This document shows, in pieces, positions 26,895 to 41,851 of a stretch of DNA of 64,000 bases. Under the pieces are notes generated by a model. That model was not told the origin of the DNA and did not search any database. It was given only the letters and a program-made list of their open reading frames with translations. Source of the DNA: the human T2T-CHM13v2.0 reference genome, Homo sapiens. Position 1 is the stretch's first letter, and each line of letters starts with the position of its first letter. The DNA is taken from assembly GCF_009914755.1 (NCBI RefSeq), contig NC_060934.1. One strand, written 5' to 3'. The position numbers and the translations under genes are program-made.

Positions 26895-29029
26895 CTGCTT
26901 ATGTAGAAACTCACAAACACACACACATGAATACAGAATGAGCTGGGGGCTGCATGCCACATAACAATGGCTGTCACTGCTAAGTGGTAGGACTCAAGGT
27001 GACCTTAGTTTCTTTTTTATACTTTTTTGCAGTGTTTTCATTTTTTAAAAGACATCTATGTTGTTATAAACCAACATAATATCCAACATATAATATCCAT
27101 AATACCCAACATATAAATAAAAGTTATGGCATTTAAAAATAAGAGTACTATGCACATTACTGAATATTTTTCAATTTCCCAAAAAATAAAGAAAAAAATG
27201 AAAGTCATACATAATCCCATCACTAAGAAATAACTCTTATTAATGTTCTGAAATATTTGCCCTCAAACCTGTTTTTGCTGGAAACGATTTTTATATAGTT
27301 AATTCAACAAATGTTTACAGAAGACTTACTATGTGCAAAGCATTTTGCAAGGTTCTGAAGATAAGAGGATGAATGAGACACAAATGTTACCCCCTCCTTC
27401 CACAACGTCATACACTGTGTGTTCTCCACTTAAGATTATGATTGGCCATAAAGTGTCCCTTCATTTGGGTATATCAAGTTACTGGACCACTCCCTCCCTG
27501 ATTCCCTGTGACTGGAATCCCTGGGCTGTTTAGATATTGTCCAATTATAAACAATATTGCATAAAGTTTGATGAGCATTTGGGAGGAATACATTCCTGTA
27601 AATGGAATTACTTGATCAAAGTCATGAAAAATCTGATGAATTTTACATATCATTCATCACTCATTCCTTTTCATGGCAACTAAAGCAATTGACTATGATA
27701 ATTATTCCCATTTCACAGATGGCAAAACTGAGGCAAAGACAAACACTGACTTATCTGAACAAGGCAGGATCCAAAATGGAACTCAAAAATCCCTGAGGAT
27801 GGAATTCCCACTAAGGCGGGACAGAGGTGGAGATGACATTCTGATGACACCCCACATTAGCACACCTCTCTTCTCACCCTTTTGTACCAGCCCCCACAGT
27901 GCAGGTGCGGAGGTGCATTCCTTAGTCCCACCCCTCCTCCTCACTTCCTACACCCCACTCCACACAAGACCTAAGACAAGCAGGGAGAAAAAGACAATGG
28001 CGCAGACAGCAAGGCAGGCACAGCCTCTGCCCTGGGGGCCCTGCTTCTGGACCAGAGTGTCAAAAGAGGCCCAAGCCCACCCCAGCCTGCCGCCATCAGC
28101 CTTGCTCTCTAACGCAGAGCTTAATGCCTCCTCTCAGGGGAGAGCCCCTCAGCCCAGCCCGCAGCCTGTGAGCTCTCACTAAGCTCCCGGGTCTGAGGGC
28201 TGGCTGCCTAAGGAGGTATCATTGCCACTTAGGCTGAGAAAGTGACCTCCTCTGGGTAGCCCACCCTCTCTCCCACCAGGATCAAGTTCACAACCTAAGC
28301 CAGCCACTTCCCCTTAACAGAGGCTGCTAGAATAAGGCAAGGAGGACATTTTTCTGCTGCATCTGATTCCTCCAACAGGAGGTCCTCAATGTTGCCACGG
28401 AGCCCCCTCCCCCAGCAAGCTGCCAGGGGAGACTGGAAGATGCTGCTAGGACCTTAAGCCCCAGGGCAGCCAGGGCAGCCGGTGGAGTAGGCCCACCTGG
28501 GCAGGTCCCAGCCTCGAGTGTCAGGAAGATCCCAAGATCCAGAGCCCACCTGGGCTCCCTGAGGTTTTGCCACTAGAGCCCACACCCACCACTTCTTCCT
28601 GGGCACCAACTGTGTGCAGGCTCCGGGCCTGACCCTAAGCATGCTTCATCTCATTTCACTCTCATTTCACAACCTATAAGGGGAGTCATATGATCTCCAA
28701 CTTGCTGAGGAGGAAACTGAGGCACGGATGCATGAAGCAACTTGCATGGTGCCACAAGGCTAATAAGTGGTGGGGCGGGATCAGACCCCAGCCAGTGTGA
28801 TTCCATGTTCTGTCTCCTACGTCACAAGTCCTCATGTTGCTGGACTCTCCCTTTGTCCCCTCATCCCATGCCCTCACCTCGAGTGGCCATGCCTTGGACA
28901 TGAAGAACATAACTTGAGGGCTTTGGAGAGGACACGGCTGCACAGGCGCTCTGTAATAAAACCATGTGCTTTGCCTACACAACAATATCGGCGGCTCCCC
29001 CGCCAGGCTGAGTTAAGTGTTCTTAGTCA

Positions 29030-29275
29030 CCAAGAGTGTGGGCTCTGGAGCCAGACCATCCGGCTTCAAATTCCTGCTCCACCATTACACTGGCTGTGTG
29101 ATCTTGGGCATGTAAGTTAGCTTTTCTGTGCCTCAGTTTCTCCATTTATAAAATGAGGATGATGGTAAGACCCACCTCTTGGAAATGTGGTGAGGTTTAA
29201 ATGTCTTGATATTTCTAAAACACCAAGAATAATGCCCGGCACACAATTCGTGCTCTCTACAGCAGTATTACCTGC
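29030..29275 (+). mobile_element. MIR
   Basis: GGCTCTGGAGCCAGAC...GCTGTGTGATCTTGGGCA...GCCTCAGTTTCTCCATTTATAAAATG core. Confidence 0.8.
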
Positions 29276-30390
29276 TGCAATTATCTTTACTACTGCACTG
29301 TTGTGATTTTCCTCTAGGACCATGGCTCTGCCAGGAGGTGGTGTCCTCTGGCTCAGCTCCAGCCGGTGCTGGACTGGCAGGGCCAAGCTGAACTGGGAGG
29401 AGTCAGAGACTCACTTCCCTGCAGGACCCAGGAAGCTGAAGACCAGGGAAGACGCCCTAAGCGCGTTCTCCCTCTTCCAAAAGTCATGAGTTTACACCTA
29501 TCCTTCCCCCCAAGGAGGAAAAATGCTCCAGTGGCAAATGGCCCTGATTTCCCTCCATTCCTGTGTGGTCCTAGCCTGAAAGGAAAACCTCGGTGGCAAA
29601 AGATTTTGGAGAAAATCCTCCGAAGCAAAGTTACTAAGGGAAAAACAAAAACACACAAGGATGTCTTGAATCCTCTCAGGAAACAAGAATTTGATCCCCA
29701 GTCTCTGGGTGTTTGTGAGGAACCAAAAGAAACCCTGGGATTTCCCGGGGCTGCAAGAATAAACTCCCTGGGCCCCTCTCGGGCTGTTCTGGGGGCTCCT
29801 GGCACCAGCTTCACAATTTCTCACCCTGGAGCTCCAGCCACTCCTGTTCCCTCAGGGACTAGAACGTTCCTTCCTCATCACAGCTTGCGGTGGATGGAGA
29901 GGCTCACCCTTCCTGCAGGGTCTCAAAAAAATAAAAAAAGAAAAAAGAAACCACGCATGCTGTCACCGAATAAGACAAGCCTACTCGGGAAATGTACACC
30001 CAGCTCTTTGCTTTGAAATCTTACCCTGGCCAAGGCTGCGGCGCTGAGAGTGTGCAGAGTCAGACGGGGAAAACGGAGGAAAGAAAGAACTTCTCTCCCC
30101 AGCCACTGCGCAGACAGCAGTAAAGGGGCCCACAGAGGCCTAACACCCCAATCTGCAGGGTAGCCCGGGTGCATTTGCCCCATCCCACCTGCCAGCTGCA
30201 ACACCCGCCCCATGCCTCTATCCTCGAGCCTGAGTCCTGCAGCGCCACCTCACAGGCTCCCCACATTCACCTTGGCCCCCCTCCAATCTGCTCTCCAAGC
30301 CACAGCCAGAGTGGTCTTTTCAAGATGCAAATCTGATCATGTTACTCCCCACTTAAAGCCTTCAATGGATTTCCATTGCTCTTGGAATCA

Positions 30391-30786
<396 letters not shown>

Positions 30787-30894
30787 CTACTCCATCTGCC
30801 TGGAATGCTCCTTCCTTCCTCTTTGCCTACGAACTCCAATTGGCAAACCTTCCTATCACAGGCCCACAGAGCGCCCCAACCCTCTCCTCTGTAG

Positions 30895-31272
<378 letters not shown>

Positions 31273-31504
31273 TGAGATTAGAAGCTCCCTGGGGACACAG
31301 ACCGTGTTTTCTCACTATTGTACCCCCAGGGTGCAACACAGAACATGGCACATGATAGATGTTTCAGTAAGGATTTCTTGAATGCAGGAAAGAATCTGCA
31401 TTAAAATTGACAGTTTAAATAGCATTAGTTGAGTGGGTTTTCCATGTTTCTTTGTTTCCCTACTCCGAAAATAAAAACACACACACATTAAGAAATGCTC
31501 TCCC

Positions 31505-31860
31505 CAGCCAAGCGTGCTGGCTCACTCCTATAATCCCAGTGCTTTGGGAGGCCAAGTGGGGAGAATTGCTTGAGATCATCCTGGGTGACATAGCAAGACC
31601 CTGTCTCAACAAAGAAAATTTTATTTTAATTAACCAGGCGTGGTAATCTCAGCTCCTTGGGAGACTGAGGTGGGGGGATCACTTGAGCCCAGGAGGTTGA
31701 GGCTGCAATGAGCTATGATTGCACCACTGTACTACAGCCTGGGCAAGACAGCAAGACCCTGTTGAAAGAAAAAGAAAAACAGAAAGAAAGAGAGAAAGGA
31801 AGGAGGGGGAGAGAGAGAGAGAGAGAGAAGTTTAGAAAGAGAGAGAGAGGAAAAGAAATA
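31505..31860 (+). mobile_element. AluJ-like with GA-rich tail
   Basis: Diverged Alu; TSD AAATG(C/T)TCTCCCC. Confidence 0.85.
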
Positions 31861-32366
31861 AATGTTCTCCCCAAATGGACATCACCCCAAAAAAGCTCCA
31901 CACGCAGAGGATGCTCCCATGTTACCAACGACCTCCTCTCTTCCAGGTCCTTCCATTCTCATAAGTGAGCCCAATATGAGCAAGGAAATAGCGTCCTTAG
32001 GGTCCAAGCTGCTAAGTGAGAAGCTGGGTGATTCCAGACACCCTCAGGAGGAAAGAGGAAAGGATGGGTTGTCTTCCTCCTGCTCAGGGCCGGTCTCAGG
32101 CTTCAGGAGAGCCAGGGTAGCCGGTGGAACGGGGCAGGTCCCTTCCATGGGGCAGCACGGGCCTGGCTCCTTCATAAACATGAGCTCCACATGCTTCTCA
32201 CAACATCTCTTGGAAGTAGGCATCTTTCACATCACCTTACAGATGAGGAAATGGAGCCTACAGGTTGAGTGGCAGAGCTGGGAAGCCAATCCAAGTGGCT
32301 CAGTGCTTGGGCCAAATAACTCAGGTCTTGCAGGCACAGGCCTGGGCTGGAATCCCAGCTCCATCC

Positions 32367-32472
32367 TTTTTTTTTTTTTTTTTTTTTTAACACAGGGTCT
32401 CACTCTGTTGCCCAGGCTAGAGTGCAGGGGCATGATCACAGCTCACTGCAGCCTTGACCTCCCAGGCTCAAG
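32367..32472 (-). mobile_element. Truncated Alu right-arm fragment
   Basis: polyT followed by ~85 bp of Alu 3' end. Confidence 0.85.
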
Positions 32473-33754
32473 TGGGGGTGACGAGGATCTGAGCAAAGCC
32501 AGCGTTGGCCTCAAGCAGCGGTGAGGCAGAGGGCCTGAGGCCCCAATGGGTACAGCCTGGGGTTTCCAGGATGTGAGGTTGATGGGGAAGGAGGGGGTCA
32601 CAGAGGGATCCCTGAGCGCAGCTGCAAGACTTGGCAGGTATCGGAGGACTCTGAAGTCCTGGAGACCTCAGCCCAGAAGGGCAGAGTGAGCACAGAATCT
32701 GACCCCAAGGAAAGGGTAGCTGGGGCTCCTGAAGGGCGAAGGCCTCTGGCCAGCCTGCCTTGGCCCAGGGGGTAGAAGAATAATTATTCCTCAGCCCTTT
32801 AATAGGAAAATACCAGCCCCTCAGCAGCAGGGCTTCCACTCTGCTCCTCCGTTCCCTTCAATATCAGCGCTTCCTTCTGGCCTGGAGCAGCCTAGAGCTC
32901 AGCAAGCTCTTCCCCTGCCCCTAGCACATGCACCAGGCTCCCTGTCTGAACAGGCTTCAGGCCTCCAGTCAAACGCCCTCTTCTAAACCAGCTTCCCCAG
33001 GTGCCCACTTATCTCCTCTGGAGCTCGGACTGCCGTCGGAGTTGTGGGTCAATAGGAGGTCCTTTGCCTAAGGCCAGTCTCCCAGCTACCTGTGAGGGGA
33101 GAGGCCACAGCTGGTTTGCTCACTGCTGTATCCCCGGCACCTGTGAGGATACCTGGCACATAGTAGGTGCTCACTGAATATAGGCTGCCAGAGCAACCCT
33201 GCCCACTGAGCCTAGGGGCTGCTGGCATACCATACTCAAGGCCTTGCACGCACTCCCGTCAGCCAGCTGGGCCTTCCCCACATCCTCAGGCCTTAGTAGG
33301 TGAGGAGCCAGGGCTCCCAGCATCCCAGTCCTCCAACCCACCAGGCTGAGCCACAGCCAGACACCAACTCCAGCCTGGGACCACCCTCTGACATGTGACC
33401 AGTGGGGAAGCCCCAAGGAGGAGGAGGCAGGGACCCCATGCCAGGGCCCATTTGCTGCCGATCCACTCCACCCTTGCGCCTGGGCTCCTGGGGACCCATC
33501 TTGTTTCCTTGGCTGGAGAAATAGCAATTGCTACAGTAGTATCCCAACCAAGCCAGCTCATTTAAGCCTCGCAGTAGTACCTGGCTCAGAGGCTCCTTGT
33601 CAGTCTTGACTGACAGATGAGGGCACTGAGGCCTAAAGAGTTTAAATGACCTGTTTCAGGTCACCCAGCTGGTTGAGGAGCAGGACTTGAGCTCTGGCAC
33701 ATCTGACCCCAGGACCCAGCTCTTTTTAAAAAAATAATAATAATAATTAGTTGT

Positions 33755-34460
33755 TAATTGTGGTAAAAATATACATAATATAAAATGTACCATCTTAATC
33801 CTTAAGTGGATAGTTCTGTAGTGTACTGTACTACTTTAAAATGTATATATTCAGATTGTTGTGCAAACCAATCTCCAGAACTTTTTCATCTGCAAAGTGC
33901 AACTCTATGCTACAGAGTTCCCCCATTCTCCACCAGTCCCTGGCAATTGCTCTTCTACCTTCTGTCTCTGAATGTGACTCCTCTGGGTAACTCAGATAAG
34001 TGAGATCATACAGTGTTTGTCATCTTATGACTGGCTTTTTCACCCAGCACAATGTCCTCAAGGGTCATCCATGTTGTAGCATGTGTCAGAATGTCCTTCC
34101 TTTTTAAGGCTGAATCATATTCTATTCTATATATATAGATCACATTTTGTTTATCCCTTCATCTGTTGGTGGACATGTGGCTTGCTTCCACATTTTAGCT
34201 ATTGTAAATAATGCCACTTTGAACATAGGTGTACACATATCTCTTTGAGACCCTGTGTTCAGTTCTTTTGGGTATTTACTTTGAAGTGAAATTGCTGGGT
34301 CATATGGTGATTCTACTGTTGATTTTTTGAGGAACCGCCATACTGTTTTCCATAGTAGCTGCACCGTTTCACATCCCCACCAAGAGTGTGCACATCCTCG
34401 TCAACACTTGATATTTTCTGTTCTTTTGACAGTCGCAATCCGAGTGGGTGTGAGGTAGTC
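33755..34460 (-). mobile_element. L1MB-like fragment
   Basis: Reverse L1; ORF 34140-34364 reads LWKTVWRFLKK..PYDPAI..MCTPMFKVALFTIAKMWKQ (ORF2 C-terminus). Confidence 0.92.
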
Positions 34461-35528
34461 ACGGCCCAGCTCTTAATCCCAACTCCATAGGATTCTGTCC
34501 TGAGGCCCAAAGTGCACCCCAGTCCCTTCACTTCTGAGGCCCTGCCTTGCTCTTGCCAATCCCCTTCCCAGGTCTGGGACCTACCCCCAAACCACAGCCC
34601 TGCAGCCAGGGCCCCACTGACAGCCCCTAGGCCTCCATGCTCTCTATCCATGCAGGCCCCTGGGAGGCCACCCGCCACTGACCTCCGCCTGCACCACCAC
34701 CTCCCTGAATCTGCCCAACTCTGCTCACCACGCTCCACCCCCAGACCAGACACCTCACTCCCTATACCAGCCTGCAACATGGGTGCACCCAGCAAACATG
34801 TGCAGGCAGGAATCAATCATGGCCAATTTGCCTTTACAGCCCCAGTGCTAAACTGGCAGGTGTTTTATAGATGCTGAATGAATATCTGGCAAATAATGAA
34901 TGAATGAGTGAATGAAGTCAGGCCTCATTAAGACTATAGAGCAGAAGTCAAATTTAAAAACTAAACACAGGCACGTCTCAGAGCCTCAAGACTCAGGGAA
35001 TCTCAGCTTACCACTTACCAGCCTGCTGTTCAACCCTGGGCAGATGGCTCCATCTCTCTGAACCTTCTCCTCACCTGCAAAGCAGAGGTGAGTAATACCT
35101 TCCTCCCAGGAGTGTTATGAGGAGTAAAAGAAGGAACTCAGGTAAAGCAGCTCCTTTGAGGCTGGCGAGAGGGAGGAGCTCTAAGCCACGACCACGACCA
35201 CAGCCACCATCAAAACTCCCTCTCACCTCTCTCTGCCTCTGTCCTTCTCTGGCCCATTGCCAGCCCTCCCCACTCCCACATTCCCCAAGACCCCTGGCTC
35301 CCTCCTTCCCTCCCCAAGAGACTCCAGTCCACCTGCCTCTATGCTGCAGGCAACTCTCTCCTGAGCCTGCTCCCCCTCAGAGCTCCCATGCCTGTCCTCT
35401 CCTCTGCAAACTTCCTTACCACCTACTTGCTGCCGGCCATCTGCCTCCTGCCTTCCGCTTCTCCCAGGAAACTGCTCTGCCCACTTTACCAGTGACCCCG
35501 ATCTCGAGTTCCAGAAGCTTTCCTTGGA

Positions 35529-35620
35529 CCTCCTCCTCAGACAGACTGAATGCTGTCCACACTGCTAACCCTCCTCCTCAGACGGACTGAATGCTCTCCA
35601 CACTGCTAACCCTCCTCCTC
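35529..35620. repeat. 41-bp tandem duplication (2.2 copies)
   Basis: CCTCCTCCTCAGAC(A/G)GACTGAATGCT(G/C)TCCACACTGCTAAC x2 plus CCTCCTCCTC. Confidence 0.93.
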
Positions 35621-36565
35621 TTCACCAAACTCCTCCTTTGGCCTTTGCAATGATTCCTCGGCCCAGGTTCAAATCCACAAACGTGTAGCCACTGCTCTCC
35701 ACTGTCAAACACAGGATAGGAGTTCCTCCCGCCTCTCCACTATCTCTTCCTTCAACACCTTCCCTTCCTCCTGCCCTCTAATGTGGGTGGGAGCTAATGT
35801 GTGTGAGTCCTCGAAGGATGTGCTTTCTTCTCCAGGAAATCCCAGTACCAAGCAGTATTTCTTAAACTGTGCCCTGGGCACTCCAGAATCCAAATCACCG
35901 GAATCGCCTTGCTGAAGAGCTACAGAGCCAGCACCTCTAGGATGGGCTGGGAATCCGCATTTTGTACCGGCCTCCCAGGAGATCCTTATTCCCACCAAAG
36001 TTTCTGTTCCACTGCCCTCATAGGTTGAAGCGCTTCCCCTGAGGTCCCCCCATCTCTCTCTCCAACCTGAATACTCTCCAGAGTAACCTTCCCCATCATG
36101 ACCTCTGGGGCCATCTTTTTCACATAGATTTTTAGTGGCAATTCAAAGAAAACAGGCAAAAGCCAAATCCACAGCTTCTCCTCCAGGACCAGTCGCCCTT
36201 TCCAGCTTTATTCCTGTCCCAAGATCACTCTCTCAGACTCGAGCATCAGAGTCTGCCACGCCGTTCCCACTTACTCTCTCAGCTCTCTCTGCCTTGGTCC
36301 AGACCCACTTCCCCTCGTATCTTGGCCTCTGCAATAGCTTTGAATTCTATGACTGTAGTAGCTTCCTATGACAAATTACCATATGCTAGTGGCTGAAAGT
36401 AACACAAATGTATTATCTTTCAGTTCTGGAAGTTAGAAGTCCAAAATCAGTCTAACCATGTTAAAGTCAAGGTGGCGGCAGGACATTAACGGCGGATTGG
36501 ATAAAGAAAATATGGTACATATACACCACAGAGTACTATGAAACCATAAAAAAAGAAGGAAATCA

Positions 36566-36878
<313 letters not shown>

Positions 36879-36879
36879 A

Positions 36880-37770
36880 CAGATGAGGGAGAAGGGAAAG
36901 TTCTTTCTTAGAGTAGAAAGCCAACTAATAGAGAACAAATGATGGAGTTGCAAAATCATCAATGAATGCTAAAACTCGGGGGATGAAAGCTTGATGAGAA
37001 ACAGAATATGTACCCAGCTTCAGACAATCCCCCTGACAAATTACCCGTTAATACCAAAGAAGAAAACAACTACCTCTCAGCAGAGAAGCCTGGCAGACAT
37101 CAACTTATCAAGTAATTAAAGATAAAATCACCAATACTGGCACAAACTGACATCACGTGCCTTCTGACATGTTGCACCAGGAAGGACATGGAGTCATTAT
37201 TTGGCATTCCCTGCAAAAATGCATAATCTGAATGTAATTGTGAGGAAAGATCAGATGAAGCCAAACTGAGGAGCGTTCTGCAAAATAACCGGCCTGCATA
37301 CATCAATAATGTCCAGGTCAAGGAAAACAAAGAAAGGCTGAGGAGCTCTTCCAAATTAAGGGAGACTAAAGACCATGACCATTAAATGCCATGTGCGATC
37401 CTGGCAGGATTGTGGACCTGGGAAAAAATAGCCATGAAAGACATTATCAGAGCAATTGATGAAAACTGAATGTGAATTCTGGAGTAGAGAATAGTTTTGC
37501 ACCGATGTTTAATTTTCTGATGTTGATAGCCTTGTGGTTCTTAGAAAACACCCACCAAATATTTAAAGGAAAAAAGTTTCAACGTCTCCAAGCTATTCTT
37601 AAAAGGTTCAGAAAAAAAATTACCTATGAGTGTGTGCGATAGAGAGAAGAGAGAGAGAGAAAGTGTGTGTGTGTGTGTGTGATTATGATAAAGCAAATTG
37701 GATTGTGATGTTTGCACAAGTCCATAAGTTTATTAAAAATCATTTATTTGTTTTTTAAAATTTAACAAAA
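36880..37770 (+). mobile_element. L1MC-like 3' fragment
   Basis: GAGAAGCCTGGCAGACATCAACTTATCAAGTAATTAAAG, AAATGCATAATCTGAAT, GACCATTAAATGC motifs. Confidence 0.75.
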
Positions 37771-40358
37771 AGTTAAATTTCTTTAATCTCCTCTCCCAGA
37801 ACTCACCAACACAAATCGTCGCCCCTCAGGGGGTTTTGCTTCTCACTCTCCTTCCCAAATACATGGCACTTACCTTCTGAATGCTCCCAAACTCCCTTAC
37901 CCTCGCTTCGCCTCGCTACTTAACCTAAGTCTTGCCCAGCCTTTAAGCCCCAGTTCAAACCCTACCTCCACAACACAACAACAATTCAATCCCTCCTCCC
38001 CATCTCACTCCCATCTAGCGACTCTCATCAGCCTCATCTCCATGCTGATGGGGCATTGACTATGTGCCAGGCATTACTCTATTCTAATTATTAATCTTTA
38101 TTCTTGCTGCCTTCAGCCAGCTTTCCCTAGCATTAACCTCTTTCATAACCATGGACAGTTATCAAAACTAAGAAATTAGGTGGGCATGGTGATGCATGCC
38201 TGTAGTTCCAGCTACTTGGGAGGCTGAGTGGGAGGATCACTTGAGCCCAGGAATTTGAGACCAGCCTGGGGAACATAGTGAGATCCCGTCTCAAAAAAAT
38301 CATCTCATCTTAACTTCACAGCCCTATGAGGTAAATGCTGTCACTGGTCCCATTTTACAGATGAGGAAGTTGAGTCACTAGTGAATTGTCTAAGATCTCT
38401 CGGTAGGTGATGAAGCCAGGATTCAAACTGGGCCATTCTCGTACTGAAGCCTGGGCTGGTAGCCACTGTGCTCCTCGTCTCTATGGACATCCTTACACTT
38501 TTGTTCTTTCTCCCTCACCAGGCCAAAAGCTCCTCAGGCCTCTCTCAACGACGCTATGCACCCTGCAGGTGCCCAACAGCTGTCTGTCCGCCACAGGCTG
38601 GGTTCCAGAAAGGAGAGGAGGGGGTCATGAGCTCCGTCAAAAAGAGGAGCCAATTCTCCACACCCTCCCCGCCCCCCGGCACAGCCCAGCTCCCTGGCTA
38701 CTGCCCAAGGCCTGGCCATCATCTGCTCTGGGTAATAAGTATTTGTATGGCGATAATTACAGGATTTGGGAAGAAAATCCCATTAAGCAAGAGCCCCGCC
38801 GAGCTGCTAATGCCGGCACAGAACTGGAGGCGGCAACTCCGCCAAGCACCCGTCTGCTCCCAATAATGCAGGAGCCGCCCAGCCCCAAAAGAGCACGGCC
38901 GCCCCTGCTGGCAGCCTCGGGCAGCCTGGGCCACCGACAGCCCGCCCCGCCCAAGAAGGGGCACCGAGGAAGATCAGCCCCTCCCCTTGTGCTCCAGGGT
39001 TCCCAGCGGCTGCCTGATGGCGAAGAGGAGGGCCACCCTGGGATCCAGCGTGACGCCCAAATTTCCTTCACATCCCTGCAATTCTCTGTCACCTTAATAA
39101 CAATAATAATACTACCATTTATTGAGCACTCGCTGTCTGCCAGGCCCTGTGCAAAGCGCTCCTGCGAGCATTACCGCATTTAATCCTCATGACCACCCTT
39201 TGGAGCAGGCCCTATCATCATCCCCACTTTATGGGCAAGGAAATGGGGGTTCTGAGAAGTCGCCCTTTCCTCCAGAGCACTTATCCCAGCTTGCAGTTAT
39301 GTGCTTATTCTTATACTATGTCATTCATCTCTATCTCCCCTGCTGGACTAAAACTCGGGTTTCTGTTTCTGTCCAGCACTATTCACCCGGCACAATGCAG
39401 ACGTTCAATAGATAGCTATCTGTTGAATGAGGGAATTAAACCCCATCACTTGCCCAAGGCCCCGCCAGCTGCTGAGTGGCAGAGTGGGGCTAAAAACCTA
39501 GGCAGTCTGGCTTCACAGCCCTCCCATCACGACCATCCGCCCTGCATACAGTCCCCACTCTGTCTCCACATCCCAAGGGAAAGGGGCAGAGATGCCCAGG
39601 AAAGGTAAATGAGCGCTCTAAACAGACAGACTGCGCTCTAAGCAGACAGACTGCAAGAGAGGCAACACTCAAATCCTTACCTCCCGAGCTCTCTTCTGCC
39701 CCACCCAAACCCTCGAGCCTCTAGCTTGAGCTTCCCAAATAATAACAATAATATCCTAATGATTGAATCACAAAGCATTTTCACAACTGTAGCATGAGTG
39801 AGTGCACAGGCCCTTTGAGGTAGTAGGTGTTATCAGCCCCAGAGGCCGAGAGAAGGGCGAACACCAGCCACTTACCAAGCGTGGCACGCTGCCTCACTTA
39901 CTCCTCACTATCAACCTGCACAGCTGTCGTCGTCCCGTTTTACAGATGGGGAAACTGGGTCTCAGAGCAGGGAGAGGCACGGCATGGGGGTCCTAACACC
40001 AGTCATTCAGAGCCCAGCAATAAGCCAGTGGGCCAGTGACCACACCAAAGCCTAAGCAAGCAGGAGACTCTTGCCCTGCAGGGAGGCACCTCCCCTACAC
40101 AGCGCAGGCCTCTGCTGCAGGAGACCATGGTGGCCTGCTCAGATCCAATCGGGCCCTGATGGCAGATGTGGCTGCAGTGGCCCCTGACCTCATTTACCAA
40201 GGTCACCATCCAATTATTATTTGGAATTTCAAACAGGCTCCCCAGAGGATCAGCCTCAGGTGCCCTGGGCAGCCTTCCTTATGCGTGACCACTCAGCCCT
40301 GTTAAATGGGACCTCTAGCTCAGGGAGTTGAGTCTAGAGAGGGCCTCCCAGGCCTCTA

Positions 40359-40566
<208 letters not shown>

Positions 40567-41659
40567 ACCAGACAAGCAGCAGAATGTGCTGGGCCTGGAG
40601 GCAAAGAGAGAACAGTAGGCCTTCCCAGAGGCCCTGCCTGCCTCCCTCCATCCTCGGACAACTTACCCTCTCTGCACAAGGGGAACCTTCCACAAACCTC
40701 AAATACCCAGGATGCCCAGGGCTGGGGGAACCAGCGATGTCCACACATACTGCACTCTCCTGTCACACTCTCCTGGACACTCAAAAGATTTTTTAAATTA
40801 AAAACCAAGTCCAACTGAAAGTCAAGGTCGTTGTGGAAGAAAAAAATAACTTAATGGTGACCATGGCTGGGTCTCTCTGCGCCTGGGCAGTACAAAGAAA
40901 GGAAGCTTCCCGGGCCGCCTCCGCCACCTCTCCCAGCCCTGGCTCTGTATTTTAACTGTTCATTACAGTGAATTATTTAGCATCCCTTCCCTGCCCAGCT
41001 GACCAGCCCCACAGCCCCTCTGGCTGAACCAATTTCCTCAGCAGCTCTGGGGCCTACCCAACCTCTTTCCAGAAGTCCCCACAGCAAACCAATGACCATT
41101 TCTTTCCATTTCGGGGGACAGACCTGGACCCAGAGTTATAGAATATATGATCATAAAGTTGCTGGGCCTCGCAGGCTGCCGCAGAAACTGCCCAAAGGAC
41201 AAAAGGCAAATGCACAGCTGCAGTCCATAAAAATTTCACAGCCTCAGAAGAAGCCACTGTTTCAGGCTCTGATACTGCACAACACTCATATTGATTAGAG
41301 AGAGCATTTGCCACAGTTATTTTGAGTCTGCCTGGGCTCTCACCAAGGCCTCTTTCAAGATGTTCTTTTCCTCTTTGAGCAGCTCTTTCACGGGCTGCCT
41401 GGAGAACAGGCGGGCTCCCTGCGCTTTCCCAGTCCAGGAAGCTTTGCCCACATGGCAAAGATCAGACCTGCTCCACTTCCCCAGGATAACTCACCCCTGG
41501 CTTCCAACTAGGAAGTTCCCAGAGGAAAAGTTCACATATAGAAAGTCTTCCTGACCCTTCCCAACATCTCTTTCCAGCCTCAAGTCCCATCCCACCCACT
41601 GGCCACTGGCCAGAGCATGTTTCAGCCCCAGGGACAAGCTGGTCCATCTGCCCATATCG

Positions 41660-41851
41660 GGCCAGGCATGCTTACACCCGCAGGTTTTTGGCTCATACTC
41701 ACACCTGCTGGCTTTTTGCTTATGCTCACGCCTGTAATCCCAACACTTTGGGAGGCGGAGGCAGGAGGATTGCTTGAGCCCAGAAGTTTGAGACCAGCCT
41801 GGGCAATATAGCTAGATCCTCATCTCTACAAAAAAGGAAAAAAAAAAAAAA
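41660..41851 (+). mobile_element. FLAM/Alu left monomer, copy 2, with 27-bp tandem repeats in its head
   Basis: Alu left arm with A tail; shares unusual bases with the 40428 copy. Confidence 0.88.

Noticed and set aside
38407-39183. 258-aa plus-strand ORF
   Set aside because: Begins and ends in MIR/L2-like sequence, antisense to SLIT1, no protein family features.
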